This document shows positions 62,291-64,000 of a DNA stretch of 64,000 bases, one piece after another; position 1 is the stretch's first letter; every line of letters begins with the position of its first letter. The notes under the pieces are model-generated. The model was not told the DNA's origin. It was given only the letters and a program-made list of their open reading frames with translations, and did not search any database. Source of the DNA: Gammaproteobacteria bacterium (lineage in GTDB: Bacteria; Pseudomonadota; Gammaproteobacteria; QNFE01); contig QNFE01000002.1 of the NCBI GenBank assembly GCA_003645455.1, positions 10,428 through 74,427 on the forward strand, written 5' to 3'. Made by a program: the position numbers and the translations under genes.

Positions 62291-62941
62291 TTATTTTTTT
62301 GAGTGGGTATCTTGCCACTTTTTAATCTTAGCATGGTCTCCACTTAACAAAACATTTGGCACTTCTAAACCCATATAATTAGCAGGACGAGTGTAGTGAG
62401 GGCAGTCTATTTTGCCCATCTTGCTAAATGTATCACTTTTTGCTGATAAATCATTCCCCAGGACTCCGGGAATCTGTCTTAGAATAGTATCTATCATTAC
62501 CATGGCAGGTAATTCACCACCACTTAAAACATAGTCTCCGATTGATATTTGTTTATCAACATAATTATCAATAAATCTCTGGTCTATGCCCTTATATCTA
62601 CCGCAAACTAAAATCATACTGTTAATTTTTGCCAAATCACAGGCTATGGATTGATTAAATCTATCCCCCTTAGGATCTAAGTATATAACTTGTGTCCCAC
62701 GTTCTGCATATTTTTTAGCATCAATTAGTGCATCCATGAGAGGTTGGATCATCATAACCATTCCCGCTCCACCACCATATGGTCTATCATCGACTGTTTT
62801 ACGATTATTTTTAGCATAATCGCGAGGATTAAAAACTCTTAAATCACATATTTTTTTAGCAAATGCGGATGATAAAACACCACATTCTGTAATTGTTAAA
62901 AAAATTTGCGGAAAAATACTAATAACAGCAAACTTTATCAT
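62291..62941 (-). CDS. trmD: tRNA (guanine37-N1)-methyltransferase
   Basis: VDDRPYGGGAGM, CGRY.GID.R, SIGDYVLSGGE. Confidence 0.96.
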   Translation of the reverse strand: MIKFAVISIFPQIFLTITECGVLSSAFAKKICDLRVFNPRDYAKNNRKTVDDRPYGGGAGMVMMIQPLMDALIDAKKYAERGTQVIYLDPKGDRFNQSIACDLAKINSMILVCGRYKGIDQRFIDNYVDKQISIGDYVLSGGELPAMVMIDTILRQIPGVLGNDLSAKSDTFSKMGKIDCPHYTRPANYMGLEVPNVLLSGDHAKIKKWQDTHSKK

Positions 62942-62943
62942 GT

Positions 62944-63453
62944 TTAAAATTCCCAATCAACCCAAACGGTTAAATTTTTTAAATCAACATTTTTTATAAA
63001 CACACCCATAACCCAAGGAATTAAAACCTCTTGATTATTTTTATTTTTAACTACCATAACATCATGGACTGTTGTTGTTATGTGTCCTATAATTTCACCT
63101 ATCAAATCTTGGCTTTGGTTTATTACTTGTAACCCTGTTAATTCTGACCAGTAGTATTCATTTTCAAGTTTTGGTATGACATCTTTTTTGATGTATATTT
63201 TTTTACCGACTAAACCTATTGCCTGATTTTTATTTATTAACTTATCAATGTTAGCAATTATTCTATTGTGATGATTTTTTGTTTCTAATGCTTTAATTTG
63301 TTCAAAACTTTCGCCTATTTTAAAAAACCATGGCTGATATTTCAGTATATTGCTGATGGGATCTGTTAAGGAGTATATTTTAACCCACCCTTTAACACCA
63401 TAACATCCCGATACAGATCCTGCTTGTATTATCTTATTGGTATTTATTGGTAT
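62944..63453 (-). CDS. rimM: Ribosome maturation factor RimM (non-canonical ATA start; absent from the ORF track)
   Basis: Manual translation gives 169 open codons [26 protein letters not shown]...EYYWSELTGL.V...HDVMVV...LIPWV...VDWEF*; lies between rpsP and trmD. Confidence 0.88.
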   Translation of the reverse strand: MPINTNKIIQAGSVSGCYGVKGWVKIYSLTDPISNILKYQPWFFKIGESFEQIKALETKNHHNRIIANIDKLINKNQAIGLVGKKIYIKKDVIPKLENEYYWSELTGLQVINQSQDLIGEIIGHITTTVHDVMVVKNKNNQEVLIPWVMGVFIKNVDLKNLTVWVDWEF

Positions 63454-63698
63454 TATGTTTTTGCTTGCTCTTTAATAAGAGAGAGCACACGATCTGATGT
63501 TTGTGCACCTTTTTCTTGCCATTTTTGAATATTTGTTATGTCCAAATTAAAACGGAGATCGACTCCTTTGGCAATGGGGTTGAAAAAACCTAATCTCTCT
63601 AAGTATCTGCCATCTCTTTTGTTGCGAGAATCTGTTGCTACAATGTGATAAAATGGGGCATTTTTTGAGCCACCACGACTTAAACGTATCTTAACCAT
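63453..63698 (-). CDS. rpsP: 30S ribosomal protein S16
   Basis: [25 protein letters not shown]. Confidence 0.97.
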   Translation of the reverse strand: MVKIRLSRGGSKNAPFYHIVATDSRNKRDGRYLERLGFFNPIAKGVDLRFNLDITNIQKWQEKGAQTSDRVLSLIKEQAKT

Positions 63699-64000
63699 CA
63701 ATAAAATATCCTTAACAAAAAACAAAGCATTATACATTATTAAAATTTAATTTGCACTTTTTTTTACAATTATATAAAATACTGCTTTATTTGATTTATT
63801 TTTTAAAGTTTTTTTAAATCAGATGTGAGACATTTCTTTGTTTTTTTCTAATGCAAAAAAAACTTATTAACAATCATATGTTTATGGAAATTTTATCAAA
63901 AACACTTTAAATAGTCGCCGTAAATAGCAATTGCAAAAATCTTTATGTTGTTGTATATTATATGTTTTTTAGTTTTTGCTAATAAATTGAACATATTCTG

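Noticed and set aside
63740-64000. AT-rich end of the window as an origin or ncRNA
   Set aside because: No DnaA-box cluster or structure recognised; probably the rpsP promoter region

Overview
AT-rich chromosomal segment of a sulfur-oxidising, CO2-fixing gammaproteobacterium (soxB, tusA-dsrE2, form II RuBisCO cbbM). The backbone is housekeeping genes: yejBEF, ilvIH-ilvC, hemA, rsmD-coaD, accA-tilS-surE-pcm, ccm, bioF, dsbC, nadK, kdsDC, purC, tRNA-fMet-rimP-nusA-infB-rbfA, rpsT, pheA, gltX and rpsP-rimM-trmD-rplS. Single defence-type or accessory genes repeatedly break it up: a type II RM pair, a type IIG RM enzyme, BRO, RhuM, an AlbA/Schlafen-HATPase protein, a zeta-like ATPase and an AAA-DUF4143 protein. 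No integrase or transposase is present. The main non-coding feature is an unannotated MITE family with terminal GAGACCTTTGCATAA inverted repeats and 5-bp target duplications, present as about 14 copies or ends. It often lands on stop codons, it splits an RM operon at its ATGA overlap, and it appears to carry rhuM as cargo. Other highlights are a restriction-endonuclease-like protein with a Sec signal peptide and no methyltransferase, a full-length rimM with only an ATA start (missing from the ORF track), and CGTC-type and other palindromic REP-like repeats, some inside genes. All family assignments come from motif recognition; no database searches were run.
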